Positions 42,405 through 56,283 of a DNA stretch of 64,000 nt are shown piece by piece (within the stretch, counting starts at the first letter, position 1; every line of letters begins with the position of its first letter). The position numbers and the translations under genes were made by a program. The stretch covers positions 17,236,001-17,300,000 of the forward strand of contig OX597832.1 of the NCBI GenBank assembly GCA_951406725.2. The letters are read 5' to 3'. The stretch comes from Octopus vulgaris. Taxonomy: Eukaryota. The notes under the pieces were generated by a model. The model did no database searches. It saw only the letters and a list, made by a program, of their open reading frames with translations, and was not told the DNA's origin.

Positions 42405-42947
42405 AATAGTAAAAAGTGAAAAAACTACAGAAGGCTTGTTTTAAAAGGTTAAAAAATATATATTTGAGTCATTATGTCAGAAAGTTATAATTTTTTTTCA
42501 TACAGTGACATAGTTTTTGAAGAAATTACCGGTTTCGTGTTAACTTTTCAAATTTCTCAAAACATTGTGTTATGATTTCGTTATGAATTATAAAGAGGAG
42601 TTCCAGGTAAGGGGAGGTAATAAGTGATTTCTTCCGGTGTAAGGGAGATAATCGCTTTATATTTCTTGCCTTTTTTTTTACTTAATGGGGTGAGTTTCTC
42701 TGTATAAGAATGTTAGAGTGGTTAAGTTTGGGCTTATATTTTTCAATGAAGAATGTTTCCTTGTTTAGTCTAATTTGTGTTGGTGTTCCAATTGCACATT
42801 GATAAAATGGAAAGATTAAAAATTGTGGTAGTAGTTGCTTTGCACATTTCTCAATATGCTCACTAAAGGGTATCATTCTGTATTCTGGGAATGCAATCTG
42901 TTGTCGATGCAGTGTGCATCTACGTCTGAGAGATAGTCCCGTGGACT
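42402..42947 (-). mobile_element. Penelope-like retroelement 3' end: GIY-YIG endonuclease C-terminus plus pLTR
   Basis: Minus-strand translation TGLSLRRRCTLHRQQIAFPEYRMIPFSEHIEKC...RLNKETFFIEKYKPKLN (T..L..R...H; R...E...I....P.LN); HHR motif downstream; (TA)n on both sides. Confidence 0.8.
42521..42557 (-). ncRNA. Minimal type-I hammerhead ribozyme motif, U3-A8 variant
   Basis: agaaat-TTGAAAA-gt(taac)ac-GAAAC(cg)GTA-atttct; perfect 6-bp stem I, palindromic stem III ACCGGT. Confidence 0.65.
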
Positions 42948-43286
42948 ATATATATATATATATAAATGTATGAATATGTATATATATACCTACTCCAAAC
43001 AAGCGCCCATAGACTGGAGAACAACAGTTGAATGAGGTCTCGTGCCCTTCGATATTAAGGGGGCCCTAGATCAGAAAGGCTCCTTGACTGGACCTAGATG
43101 AAGAATCTGGAGAAATACATCATAGGTGTGCGCTTATAATTTGTATAGTGTCAGTAATTTTATAAAATTTCCTCTTTCTCTCCCTTCCTTAAATTAATTT
43201 TTATGCAAATTTTCACAAATTATAATCTGCCCTTATAACTACTCCCACAATTGATACCCCTATTGCAAAGAGCAGAAGTCACAACA

Positions 43287-43351
<65 letters not shown>

Positions 43352-43413
43352 CGTTGTTATTTTAATGGTTATTTATGCAAACCATAGCGTGTATTAGAAA
43401 ACCTGGGTTAAAT

Positions 43414-43480
43414 ATTGGGTTGTCCGGAAAGTTCGTGTCGACTTTTAAGGGAAGGAAAAAGGTCAATAAATACATATGTA
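43414..43480 (+). mobile_element. Isolated mariner-like terminal inverted repeat
   Basis: ta-ttgggttgtccggaaagttcgtgtcga resembles mariner TIRs (TA-TTGGGTTG...); partner end not found. Confidence 0.4.
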
Positions 43481-43604
43481 AATATTTGGATCAGAATAGG
43501 CACTGTTGATATCTTATCCGTTTCATGGACAACTGCCTATGTCAAAAATGAGGAGTTTGAAATTTCTGTCATCCTCTACCAAAAATCAGAAAAGAATTCT
43601 AAAT

Positions 43605-44070
43605 AAGCACAGGCGTGGCTGTGTGTTAAGAGGATTACTTGCTAACCACATGGTTCTGGGTTCAGTCCCACTGCATGGCACCTTGAGAAAGTGTTTTCTA
43701 ATTAAACTTTGAGCTGACCAAAGCCTTGTGAGTTGATTTAGTAGACGGAAACTGAAAGAAGCACGTCGTATATATATATATATATATATATATGTATTTG
43801 TATGTATGTATGTGTGTGTATGTATATATATAAATATATATACTTGTATGTATATATTTGTGTGTCTGTGTTTCTTCCCCCATCATCGCTTGACAACCGA
43901 TGTTGGTGTGTTTAGGTCCCCGTAACTTAGCGGTTCGGCAAAAGAATCGATAGAATAAGTACTAGGCTTACAAAGAATAAGTCCTAGGATCAATTTGTTC
44001 GACAAAAGGTGGTGCTCCAACATGGCCGCAATCAAATGACTGACTGAAACATGTAAGAGAATAAAAGAAT
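43605..44070 (+). mobile_element. SINE family A, full-length
   Basis: Colinear with 18590-19006. Confidence 0.85.
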
Positions 44071-44326
44071 AACAGAATATATACATACAAATGTGTGTGG
44101 GAATATGTGGATGTATGCTTGTGAGTGCACACTTGTCTATGAGCGTGGCTGTGTATGAGTTTGAGTTGAAAATGACAAAGCACAAGAATTTTGGGTGGCA
44201 TTAGAAACCCCAGGTGAAGCGCAGATTTGAAAGGTTTGCTTTAAAGCAAACAGGTTACGTTCACCGCATTCATCGTCATCATAAGCGTGTATATGTGTAT
44301 ATACATGCATATAAATACACAAACAA

Positions 44327-44357
<31 letters not shown>

Positions 44358-44419
44358 TGTGTGTATGTATGTATGTACGTATGTAGGTAGGTATTTACAC
44401 GCGCACACACACACACAGA

Positions 44420-44508
<89 letters not shown>

Positions 44509-44564
44509 TGATTGATAGATATATAGAAAAAATAGATAGATACAGATATATATATGTATATATG

Positions 44565-44618
<54 letters not shown>

Positions 44619-44776
44619 ATACATATATACATAAATACATACATATATATATATATTTAGATAGATAGATAGATTGATAGATATAAATTCCGATATAATT
44701 AAGCGCACACACATGTGACCGTGTGTACAGTTGTGTGTGATCGAATTGAGCTAATGCGGAAATGACACATGAAATG

Positions 44777-44846
<70 letters not shown>

Positions 44847-44884
44847 TAATAATAATAGTAATAATGATAATAATGATAATAATG

Positions 44885-44939
<55 letters not shown>

Positions 44940-44977
44940 TAATAATAATAACAATCATAATAATAGTAATAATAATG

Positions 44978-45025
<48 letters not shown>

Positions 45026-45663
45026 TAATTAATGTTAATAATAATGCGGATACTAATAACAACATCAATATTATGAACCTCCAGAAAACCAGTAATTGTA
45101 GTAGTAGCAGGAGCAACGTAAGTTACAATAATAATAAAGAAAAACAAAAACTGCAACAACAACAACAACAGCAACAACACCAAAGATAACAAACAGGACA
45201 ACTAAAATACCTAAAAAACAAAAAGAAAAAAACTGATGTCAATTTGTTCGAAAATCTAATAAAGTATTTTAAAAATTTTAAGTAGCATTAAACACGTAGG
45301 TATCTTTTGTTAAAAGTCTATTATTCTGCCAGTAGGTGGAGTTAGTGGTATTATGGGAGAAACGTACAACAGCAGCAGTAACAACAACAGCAACGACAAC
45401 AACAACAATAACAACACAAACAGCAACAAAAACAATCAGAGCAAGCAATACACAAAAAAAAAAAATTAAAAAGAAAATGTCAAATTTTGAAGTTGTACAA
45501 AGAAGAAAGAAGAGAAAAAATTTTTTTTAAAGTTTTCAAAGATTAAACTGTTTTGTTTAATAGCTCTAAATATAGGGAAATATTTGAGTGTTACATGTAA
45601 TGGTATGTTAACATATACATTCTCATATATATACATACATATATACATACACACACATATATA

Positions 45664-45711
<48 letters not shown>

Positions 45712-45779
45712 TATATATACATATGTGCATATATAAGAATATACATACTTATATATATGTATATTTTTATACACAGACT

Positions 45780-45817
<38 letters not shown>

Positions 45818-46564
45818 CATTTATGTACATATATACAGTATGTATATATATATGTACACACACACAGATATATATAATTGATATATATACGTATATATAT
45901 ATATATATAATATATATATATAAGTATATAAATATATATACTTATACATACACATTCACAGTTCTACATACATAGATACGTGAATACATAGATACATAAA
46001 TATACATATATACATATATATATGTAGGTTTACACATATATATATAAACATATATGAATATATATGGATATATATATGTGTGTGTGTGTGTGATTGTAGT
46101 GTGTATGAATTTGTAGGTGCACGTATGTATACTTATATAGATAGAAATAACCGATTCATTGCAGCAGGCGTAGTTTAATGCATATATATGCATGTGTACT
46201 CGTGTGTGTATATACGTGCCTATACATACATGCATACACACACACACACGCACACACACATATACATATATACTTATATAGAGACATACATATATTTAAT
46301 TCACACTCGCATATCTATGTAGGGGACTTTTGCACGTATAAGTGTACTTGTACCTGTGTGCGCGTGTACTTGTGTACATGTATATGTTTAATGAGTAAAC
46401 TTACATACATACAGACATACATACATATATGCATACATACATACGTGCATTCACACATATAAGCATACATGCTTATACAAACATATACAAAACTGTCATG
46501 ACATCAAGCTTCAGTTAAAGTCGTAATTTTTAGGTTAAGAACGGATGTGATCGCAATAATAGAA

Positions 46565-46599
<35 letters not shown>

Positions 46600-46988
46600 C
46601 ACACATATGTATGTATATAAACATATATATATATCTATACATATACACGCACTTATGTATATTTGCATATACATATTTATACATATATTTCAATGTGTAA
46701 TGTAGATATATATATTATTTAGGCTGAACCCAAATCTTTCAATCTATAAAATGTTTATTACTAATCTATGCGCTTTAGAATAATACGAACAAAAGATCAA
46801 ACGAACAAATGATAGCGATAATAATATTAATAATACAGATAATAATAATAATATTAATAATACAGATAATAATAATAATAATACAGATAATAATATTAAT
46901 AATACAGATAATAATATTAATAATACAGATAATAATATTAATAATACAGATAATAATAATAACAATAAAGATAATAATGATAATAATG

Positions 46989-47052
<64 letters not shown>

Positions 47053-47185
47053 TAATAATAATAATAATAATAATAATATTAATAATAATAATAATGATAA
47101 TAATAATATTAATAATAATAATAAAGTACTATCAATATCAACGTTGTAATTAATGACAAGAGTAGTAGTAACGGTGTAAAATGAC

Positions 47186-47314
<129 letters not shown>

Positions 47315-47682
47315 ATTAAGAAGAAGAAGAAGTAATTTTTTCTTCTTATTTTCCACAAGGGGCACAATCTGTGGAGACACGAGGCACTACGCAGTGTGGT
47401 TAAGAGTAAAAGCATTGAGCAAAAACAAAAAAAGAACAATAACAAAGAAACGGGAATTAACAGTAGAGCATCATCTTCAGCAACAAGAGCACCAACAACA
47501 TCAACACCAAGAACAACAACAGATAACGTAAAAGCAACAAAATGCAAGATCTTCAAAAGTTGTGATATGTATCTCTTGCTAATCAAACAAGCTGAATGGT
47601 CTAGGTTGACTATGGTTAAAAAAGCCATGATCCCTCCTACAGCTCTTATTTCTAGGCTTATAAACTCGTCGAATGGATATTT

Positions 47683-48236
47683 TTTGTTTACTTGTTTCAG
47701 TCATTTGACTGCTGACCTGAAGCTTTAGAGGAGAGGGTTACTTCATTACAAAATAGACCTCAATGCGTTACTGGTACTTATTCCATCAACCCGGAAAGGT
47801 TAGAAGGAAGAGTCAACTTTCGCGTAATTTAAACGCAAAGCGCAAAGATGGACGGAATTCTGCTAAGCATTTTGTTCGGCGCACTAACCATTCTGCTCAT
47901 ACTCGATCCCAGGAATTATTCTTTGGAAGCCAAGTACTTATTCTATCGATTATTTTGCCGAACCGCTAAGTTACGGGGACGCAAACATACACGAATCGGT
48001 TGTCAAGCAATGTTGCGGGGACAAACACAGACACACAAACACACACACACACATACACACACACACATATATATACATATATACGACGGGCTTGTTTCAG
48101 TTTCCGTCTACCAAATCCACTCACAAAGCTTTGGTCAGCCCGAGACTATAGTAGAAGACACTTGTTCAATGTGTCACGCAGTGGGACTTAACCCGGAACC
48201 ATGTCGTTGGTAAGCAAGCTACTTGCCACACAGCCG
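47683..48236 (-). mobile_element. SINE family A with a family-B segment (47716-47894) spliced in
   Basis: Family A tail 47683-47712 resumes at ~47900 (tcgatcccaggaattattcttt). Confidence 0.8.
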
Positions 48237-48720
48237 CTGAGAACGCGTTTGACTCTTGTTCAGACATTTCAAGAATTTTATTAGAGAACCGCATCGCTTT
48301 CTCCACAATATAGAGCTGTGATAATAACTGATAATAACGCTGTTTTTAAAACTTATAATGGAGTTATAAAAAACAGGTTTAAAACAAATATTTTTTAGCT
48401 GTATAACAGTATTTAAGCTTTCATTTAAATACCAAGGGAACAGGTAGGTCCGCAACGATTCAGTTTAGTCGCGCATGGCATTTGAACGAAGCCTGTTTGG
48501 ACCTTTTAAAATACATTGGTTGATGTTAGGAATCGCACGCCCTTACAGCCATGGGCCCCACGCTATTCCATAAAATGCTGGTTATGTTTAATTGAGAAAT
48601 ATTTTATCGTGTTTGAGGACAAATTGGTCTTAGACCACAGAAACAGAGTTATGCTCTACTGCAGACGAATTGTTACTATTTCAATCATTACTCCTTCGAG
48701 TATGATGGTGGTGACCTATA

Positions 48721-48925
48721 AGAATGGTTAGTGCGCCGAACAAAATGCTTAGCAGGATTTCGTCCATCTTTGCACTTTGTGTTCAAATTACACGAATGTC
48801 GACTTTTCCTTCTAACCTTTCCGGGTTGATGAAATAAGTACCAGTAACGCATTGAGGTCGATTTTGTAATCAAGTAACCCTCTCCTCTAAAGTTTCAGGC
48901 CTTGTGCCTATAGTAGAAAGGATTG
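48721..48925 (+). mobile_element. SINE family B variant
   Basis: agaatggttagtgcgccg...gttcaaattacacg...aataagtaccag...ggccttgtgcctatagtagaaagg. Confidence 0.7.
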
Positions 48926-49163
48926 TTATCATCATTCATCATCATCATCATCGTCGTCATCATCGTTATTATTATTATTATTATTCCTTCATTCTTCAAA
49001 TTTTCTTCTGTTTCTCGCCGGGTGCTTTCCATACACCTAGGGCAAAGAAGCTCATTGTATGCATTCCCAGGTAGGCAAATTCAAAGGTGAAATATGTAGT
49101 TCGTTCATTTTTTTTTTTTTTTTTAAAGTTAAATTAAAATACATGAGCAGCAACAGTTCTCAC

Positions 49164-49237
<74 letters not shown>

Positions 49238-49284
49238 TTTATTATTTATTATTATTATTATTATCATCATCATCATCATCATTA

Positions 49285-49440
49285 AATCGGTGAGCTGGAA
49301 GAATCGTTAGCACGCCTGGCAAAGTGCTCAACGGCATTTCGCCCGTCATTATTTTCGGAGATCAAATTCCGTCGAGTTCGACTTTGCACTTTCATCATTT
49401 CGCAATCGATAAAATAAATACCAGTCGAGCACTGAAATCG
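49285..49440 (+). mobile_element. SINE family B, 5' part
   Basis: cggtgagctggaagaatcgttagcacgcc...caaattccg...actttgcactttcatc. Confidence 0.65.
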
Positions 49441-49978
49441 CAAGTCTTGTGGGCCAAAAGATTGAAATCCTTCTTACTTCGAATATGTTGGCTGTAGTAA
49501 AGCCCTTACAGTTACACCCTTTCACTGTCACATTTAATCCGTATATAATTGTCAATAGAATTTTTAGTTTATATCATCTACGATCTTCTTTTTTGCTTTT
49601 GAATACTTTTATATCATTATTATTCAAACCTGAAATTATTGATTGATAATTTTTTGATATCTAGCTTACTTTTCCCAGTTTTCTCACTTGCTTTTCTCCG
49701 TATCCTCGCTTATTTTTCAAATCGTTTTTCATCAATTTTATTTTGTTCAAATTTTGTGCATGTTCTGTTTCTTATTTTCTTTGTACTCAAAAAGCATTAT
49801 ACATATTTAGATCCCAGTCTAATTTCTTTTCCCAATGCACGTTTCCTACCAGAGTTTAGCTCATCCGTACTTGATTAATGCTATCGGTGTAGCTCACAGC
49901 TCTTTCGAAATATAATCAAACGCATGTGTGTCTAAGCATTGGTTCAGTACCGTGTTCGGTACACTATTCTCCACAATT

Positions 49979-50014
<36 letters not shown>

Positions 50015-50069
50015 GTATATCTCTCTATATATAAAACTGAGAATGTGTGTCTGTCTGTCTGTCTAAATT

Positions 50070-50246
50070 TACAGAAAACAAACAACAAGCAGATGCATGA
50101 ATTTAACGCTCGGAAAGAACGGAAAAGTGTTTGACGTTTCGAGCCTACGCTCTTCGACAGGAAGGATTAAGAGGGAAAAATAGCGTAGAGGGAACGAAAA
50201 AACCGGAAGACAATAAAAATGTTTAGGGATTAACGGTTCAACATGA
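50070..50246 (-). mobile_element. HHR element family H1
   Basis: Minus strand 50165-50129: cttc-CTGTCGA-A-gagc(gtag)gctc-GAAAC-GTC-aaac. Confidence 0.65.
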
Positions 50247-50837
50247 TATACCTAAGTACATACATACATACACACACATACATATACACACATACATACA
50301 TACATACATACACGTACACACTCATACATAAAAGACAGCTTCATACATACATATATAATTAGCGATCTGATGTTCTTTATATGTGCCATCGTATTATCTA
50401 CTTAAATGTCTATGTTTTTTTATATTGTGTAGCTTAATGGTTAGACAAACAGAGGTAAATAAATAATAGAGTAGAATACATACTATTAGATTGTAATATT
50501 AACTTAAACCCGTGTAAACATGTTCGGTCATTATTATAGAAAATGTGTCCCCAATATTGATGCACGTCAATGACTGAGAAATGATTCAAAGGAACCTACC
50601 CGAAATTCTACGCACTCATGCACACACATAAAAACACACAGGTATAGACGTACACATACATACGCTCACACACAGAGCCATAGACTTACACACATGCATA
50701 CATACACACGTACGCACATACAAACACAGTCGCTTACATTTCATCTACAGTCAAAATGTTTGAAATACAGACTGGGATGTGCGTATGTGTAAGTATGTAT
50801 GTGTGCATGTGTATGTGTATATATGTATATGTGTGTG

Positions 50838-50882
<45 letters not shown>

Positions 50883-51009
50883 GTATGTATGCATGTATGT
50901 ATTTTTAAATATAGATAAATAGATAGATATGTATGCATATACATGTGTCTGTCTCTATGTATGTACATATACATTCATATGTGTATATATATATGTATAT
51001 GCATGTATG

Positions 51010-51047
<38 letters not shown>

Positions 51048-51382
51048 CCACACTGTTGTTATTGCTATGTTGTTGATGTTTTTTTTTCTTTGCTTTTCTT
51101 TTGTTTTTGATGAAGTTGTTTCATCAATATTGTATTTCTCGGGGAAATAAAAGAATAAATGAATAAAAAGATAAAAGAAGCGTGAAAGACAGGAAGATTA
51201 TGGAACAAAGTTCGTTTTGAATACTAAAATATTGATGAACACAATAAAAGCTACGACCACTCTATCTATCATCCACTCACACACACATATACATGCAACA
51301 CACTCACATACAGATACACTCTTAGTAAGCATATATTAATATATATGTGTGTTCGTGTGTGTGTCTGTCTCTCTGTATATGT

Positions 51383-51419
<37 letters not shown>

Positions 51420-51422
<3 letters not shown>

Positions 51423-51600
51423 CTTTACTACCCACAAGGGGATAAACACAGAGGGGACAAACAAGGACAGACAAAGGGATTAAGTCGATTACATCGACCC
51501 CAGTGCGTAACTGGTACTTAATTTATCGACCCCGAAAGGTTGAAAGGCAAAGTCAAACTCGGCAGAATTTGAACTCAGAACGTAACAGCGGACGAAATAC
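51420..51600 (-). mobile_element. SINE family B, 5'-truncated at the palindrome
   Basis: Reverse complement of the 3' 180 bp of 59442-59674. Confidence 0.85.
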
Positions 51601-51606
51601 TGAAAT

Positions 51607-51770
<164 letters not shown>

Positions 51771-51831
51771 CGTATATCAAAATTTGACCAAATGTGTTTT
51801 TTATTCTTTTTCAATCTTTATTTTATAAATA

Positions 51832-52263
51832 AGGCGGTGAGCTGGCAGAATCTAAGACGGCGAGATGGCAGAAACGTTAGCACGCCTGGCGAAATGCTTA
51901 GCTGTACTTCGTCTGCCTTTACGTTCTGATTTCAAATTCCGCCGAGGTCGACTTTGTCTTTCATCCTTTCGGAGTCGATAAATGAACTACCAGTTACACA
52001 GTCAATGTAATCGACTTAATCCGTTTGTCTGTCCTTGTTTGTCCACTCTATGTTTAACCCTTTGTGGGTAGTAAAGAAATAGGTATTTCGTCTGCCGCTT
52101 CATTCTTGAGTTCAAATTCCGCCGAGGTCGACCTTTCATCCTTCCGGGATAGATTAAATAAGTACCTTTTACGCATTGGGGTTGATGTAATCAGCTTTAT
52201 CCCTTTGCCTGTTCTTGTTTGTTCCCTCTATATTTAGCCCCTTGTGGGCAATAAAGAAAGAAA
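51832..52263 (+). mobile_element. Tandem SINE family B copies (duplicated head, second copy 5'-truncated)
   Basis: aaggcggtgagctggcagaa twice; full copy to ~52081; second copy from ggtatttcgtctgcc (52082) to aataaagaaag. Confidence 0.85.
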
Positions 52264-52374
52264 TATTTATTTTTGCTTCAGATGCTAAGATATAAAAAAT
52301 TGTGCAAATATGTTTTCGTTTTCTGAAAAAGCAACGCTTTGGACTTAGGACAATTTTGCATAATAGCAACGATA

Positions 52375-52562
52375 TATCATGATCGATCGCTAGCCACTAA
52401 ACCTTTTTCTATTTTCTCTCCCTGTTTAATTTACGTGTCCCTTTCTGCTGAAGAGCGTAGGCTCGAAACTTAAAAGACTTTCTCATTTCCCGAACGTTAA
52501 ACTAATACATCTGTTTGTTGTTTACCCGTCTTCGTCTTTTATTTCTCTAAACTCTCACTATA
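52375..52562 (+). mobile_element. HHR element family H1
   Basis: catgatcgatcgctagccacta...cttt-CTGCTGA-A-gagc(gtag)gctc-GAAAC-TTA-aaag (52441-52476). Confidence 0.65.
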
Positions 52563-52740
52563 TATGTGTGTGGGGGTGCGTGTGGGGGTGAGGGGTGCGT
52601 GTGTGTGGGGTGAGCGTATGTGTGTGTGTGGGGGGTGCGTGTGTGTGCGTGCGTGTATGTGCATGCATATACACACATACACACACGTGCACGCATGCAC
52701 AGAGTCACATATACACACTCATACATATATTTTATCCCTT

Positions 52741-52929
52741 ATCTTTTACTTGTTTCAGTCATTTGACTAAGGCCACGCTGGAGCATCGCATTGAAGTGTT
52801 TTAGCCGACTAAAAAGACACAGGGCTAACTTTTTAAAGCCTCGTACTTATTAAAGCCTGGTACATATTCTATCGATCTCTTATGCCGAACACTTATGGTA
52901 CGGGACCGTAAAAGCACCAACGCCAAATG
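52741..52929 (-). mobile_element. SINE family A, 3' part
   Basis: tcttttacttgtttcagtcatttgact...ggccacgctggagca. Confidence 0.7.
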
Positions 52930-53431
52930 TTAGGGGTTATGTGATCAAAAACAATTTTCAACCATCTATTCCTGTGTTATTAGAGCCACCTACGGCCTTC
53001 AATTGCATACAGTGCCTTAACAGGGCTTAACAATTACCCCCAGGACTCCATGTCGGCGGCAGAGTTAAGTCTAAGGCCTTGTGGAAAGGAGTAAGGAAGC
53101 ATCACAGGTCCTTCGTTGTTAATAACCCTAAAACTATGACAGTAGCATGAAATTTTGTATCCATAACACTTGGAACTTCAGAAGGGTTTGCACATAACCA
53201 TCTGTTACATCTTCTGTTAACTTTTTGATCTTAGTCGAAGTATTTCTCGTTTGAGAAAAACCAAATCAAATCTTTATTTACGTTATTTACATTATTTAAA
53301 TTCCACGGATATTTGACCTCATCTTGTTTGTTGTTAACACAACGTTTCGGCTGATATACCCTCGAGACTACTTCGGGTGTCTTGAGGAAATTTCGAACCT
53401 TGGTTCTCATTCCCAAAGTATTTTCCGATGC

Positions 53432-53599
<168 letters not shown>

Positions 53600-53690
53600 C
53601 ATCATCATCATCACCATCACCATCATCACCACCATCACCCCCATCACCACCATCACCACCATCACCACCATTATCATCATCACCACCATC

Positions 53691-53779
<89 letters not shown>

Positions 53780-53794
53780 CATCATTATTATTAA

Positions 53795-53869
<75 letters not shown>

Positions 53870-53889
53870 CATTATTATTATTATTATTA

Positions 53890-53959
<70 letters not shown>

Positions 53960-54000
53960 TAATATTATTATTATTATTATTACTATTTCTATTATTATTA

Positions 54001-54076
54001 TTCAGTCACTGCTTGGAATCGAACTCGGAATTTGGGTGTTAGTAGTCCACGCTCTTACCCACTACGCAATACGCCC
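54001..54076 (-). ncRNA. tRNA-like Pol III head (SINE-type; probably not a functional tRNA)
   Basis: gggcgtattgcgtagtgggtaagagcgtggactactaacacccaaattccgagttcgattccaagcagtgactgaa; A box ttgcgtagtgg, B box gagttcgattcc; acceptor stem does not pair. Confidence 0.7.
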
Positions 54077-54161
54077 ACAGCCATATGACGTAGTGGTTAA
54101 GAGCGCGGGCTTCTAACTCCAATATTCCGAGTTGAACAATAATAATAATAGTAATGATATA

Positions 54162-54211
<50 letters not shown>

Positions 54212-54237
54212 TAATAATAATAATAATAATAATAATG

Positions 54238-54334
<97 letters not shown>

Positions 54335-54386
54335 CAACATCGGAAAATACCTTAGGAATGAGAACCCAAATTCGAAATTTCCCCAA

Positions 54387-54432
54387 GACACCTGATGAAG
54401 GCTGGAGGGTATATCAACCGAAACGTTGTGTT
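54387..54432 (+). ncRNA. Minimal type-I hammerhead ribozyme motif
   Basis: gacac-CTGATGA-a-ggctg(gagggtatat)caacc-GAAAC-GTT-gtgtt; loopless palindromic stem III ACGT as in Penelope-associated HHRs. Confidence 0.7.
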
Positions 54433-54544
54433 AACAACAAACAAGATGAGGACAAATATCCGTCAATTATAAATAATGTAAATGATGTACATAATTCCTC
54501 ATCTCTTAAATATAGAACTGTAAAATCAAATCTTCAGGTGGATT

Positions 54545-54948
54545 TCTGATTTTGTCTAAGAGCCTTTTAGATCTGATGTAGTGATTTTCTTTTGCTTTTT
54601 CTGACAAACTGACCTCATTATATAAGACACATCTGATGTCTTCGTGGACAATATTTCCTTAGAATGCTTTCTATGCTTTGATACTAGTGATACATTTTCC
54701 ACCTACAGTCTCTATCTCCTTCCAAACATTGTAGACAAAAGATCTGGCAATTTTAAAAAATTGAGATATTTCTAAATCGCTATGCTCAGCCTTTATAACC
54801 AGTATAACAGCATGCCTCTTCGTTTCTTGAGTAAGCTGAGGCTCTGTCAGTATTATTTTACGAAAACATATATTATACAGAGTTAGTAAAATGTGCAGCA
54901 ATGAGCCAAAAGAGGTATGTCTTCAAATACCTTATGCACCCTTTGTGT
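54545..54948 (-). mobile_element. Tc1/mariner (maT-like) 5' fragment
   Basis: ORF 54671-54901 KRHAVILVIKAEHSDLEISQFFKIARSFVYNVWKE (N-terminal HTH-like); TIR-like end near 54930-54948. Confidence 0.55.
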
Positions 54949-55104
54949 ATGTTTATATGAATAAGATAGAACTTTCTTGGAAAAGGATGTGTGGCATTCT
55001 ATCATATATCAATATAAATATTATAAAAATATATGCACATAAACATACATATATGTATGATCGTTAGTAAAGAGAGACACACAAATAAGAAAGAAGAAAG
55101 CAAA

Positions 55105-55149
55105 GGACCACTGATGAGGTCACAGAGGTATGACGAAAGAATTCTGGCC
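55105..55149 (+). ncRNA. Hammerhead ribozyme motif (family H5)
   Basis: ggacca-CTGATGA-g-gtca(cagaggta)tgac-GAAA-gaaTTC-tggcc. Confidence 0.6.
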
Positions 55150-55284
55150 GAAATAAGATTAAGATTAATGTAAAAGATCAATAAAACTGAAGCAAATTAA
55201 CACCAAATATATAGTGCGTGTGTTTTCTTTTTTGGGGCTAAACTATTCCTAAATACAACATTCCTAAATATCTCAATATATATA

Positions 55285-55600
55285 TACTCTTTTACTCTTT
55301 TATTTGTTTGTTTCAGTCATTTGACTTCGGCTATGCTGGAGCACCGCCTTTTGTCAAACAAATCGACTCCAGGATTTATTTTTTGTAAGCCTAGTACTTA
55401 TTCTGTCGGTCTCTCTCTCCCTCTTTCGTTCTCTCTCTCTTTCCATCTCTATATATATATATATATATATATATGCGACGGTCTTCCGCACTATTTCTGT
55501 CAACAAAATTTCACTCACCGACAGCCACAATCTCCTTTAGTCTGCTCGAGACTAGAGTAGCAGACATTTACTCAAGTTGTCACACAACGTGACCGAGTCA
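55285..55600 (-). mobile_element. SINE family A, degenerate
   Basis: tactcttttactctttt...gtttcagtcatttgacttcggctatgctggagcaccgcc. Confidence 0.7.
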
Positions 55601-56208
55601 GATGCTCACAAACTTACATACAAACTGACTGCTTTTTAAATCAGTATATTAAATATCCAATTGAAGTTTTGATGCACACTTAACGCAATATCAAAGAGGA
55701 ACGAAAGCGCATCATCATTAGCGTTGTGTAACTGGTAAAAACTGCAGCCCAGCAATCATAAAATACACAGTTCGATTCTTGGCAGTGATTCTGTTGATCT
55801 TTTTCAGATCATTAGACTGGTGTCCACGAAGGCGTAATTCATATTAAATATTGTCGTATGTATGTTTGTATGAGCATGTTTGAAAAATCCAAGTTATTAT
55901 ATCCTACCTCCTATCTTGGGGAAACCATCTAATTGACAACGCTTGTTTCGATAACGTTATTATCATTATTAATTTTATTATTGCTGTTATCATCATCATC
56001 ATCATCATCATATTCATCATCATCATCATATTCATCATCATATTCATCATCATCATCGTCATCACCATCATCATCATTATTATCGTTATTAGTATTATTA
56101 TCATTATCTTTATTATTACTATCATTATCATTATCATTATTATTATTATCATTATTATTATCATCATCATCATCATCATCATTATCATCATCATCATCAT
56201 CATCATCA

Positions 56209-56283
<75 letters not shown>

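Noticed and set aside
50019-50065. Helitron-like 5' end (atctctctatatataaaactgag..gtctgtctg)
   Set aside because: Too short; no 3' hairpin or CTRR end found.
54001-54136. Bona fide tRNA genes
   Set aside because: Acceptor stem does not pair, the right copy is truncated in the T arm, and the two copies differ in the anticodon-like loop; treated as SINE heads.
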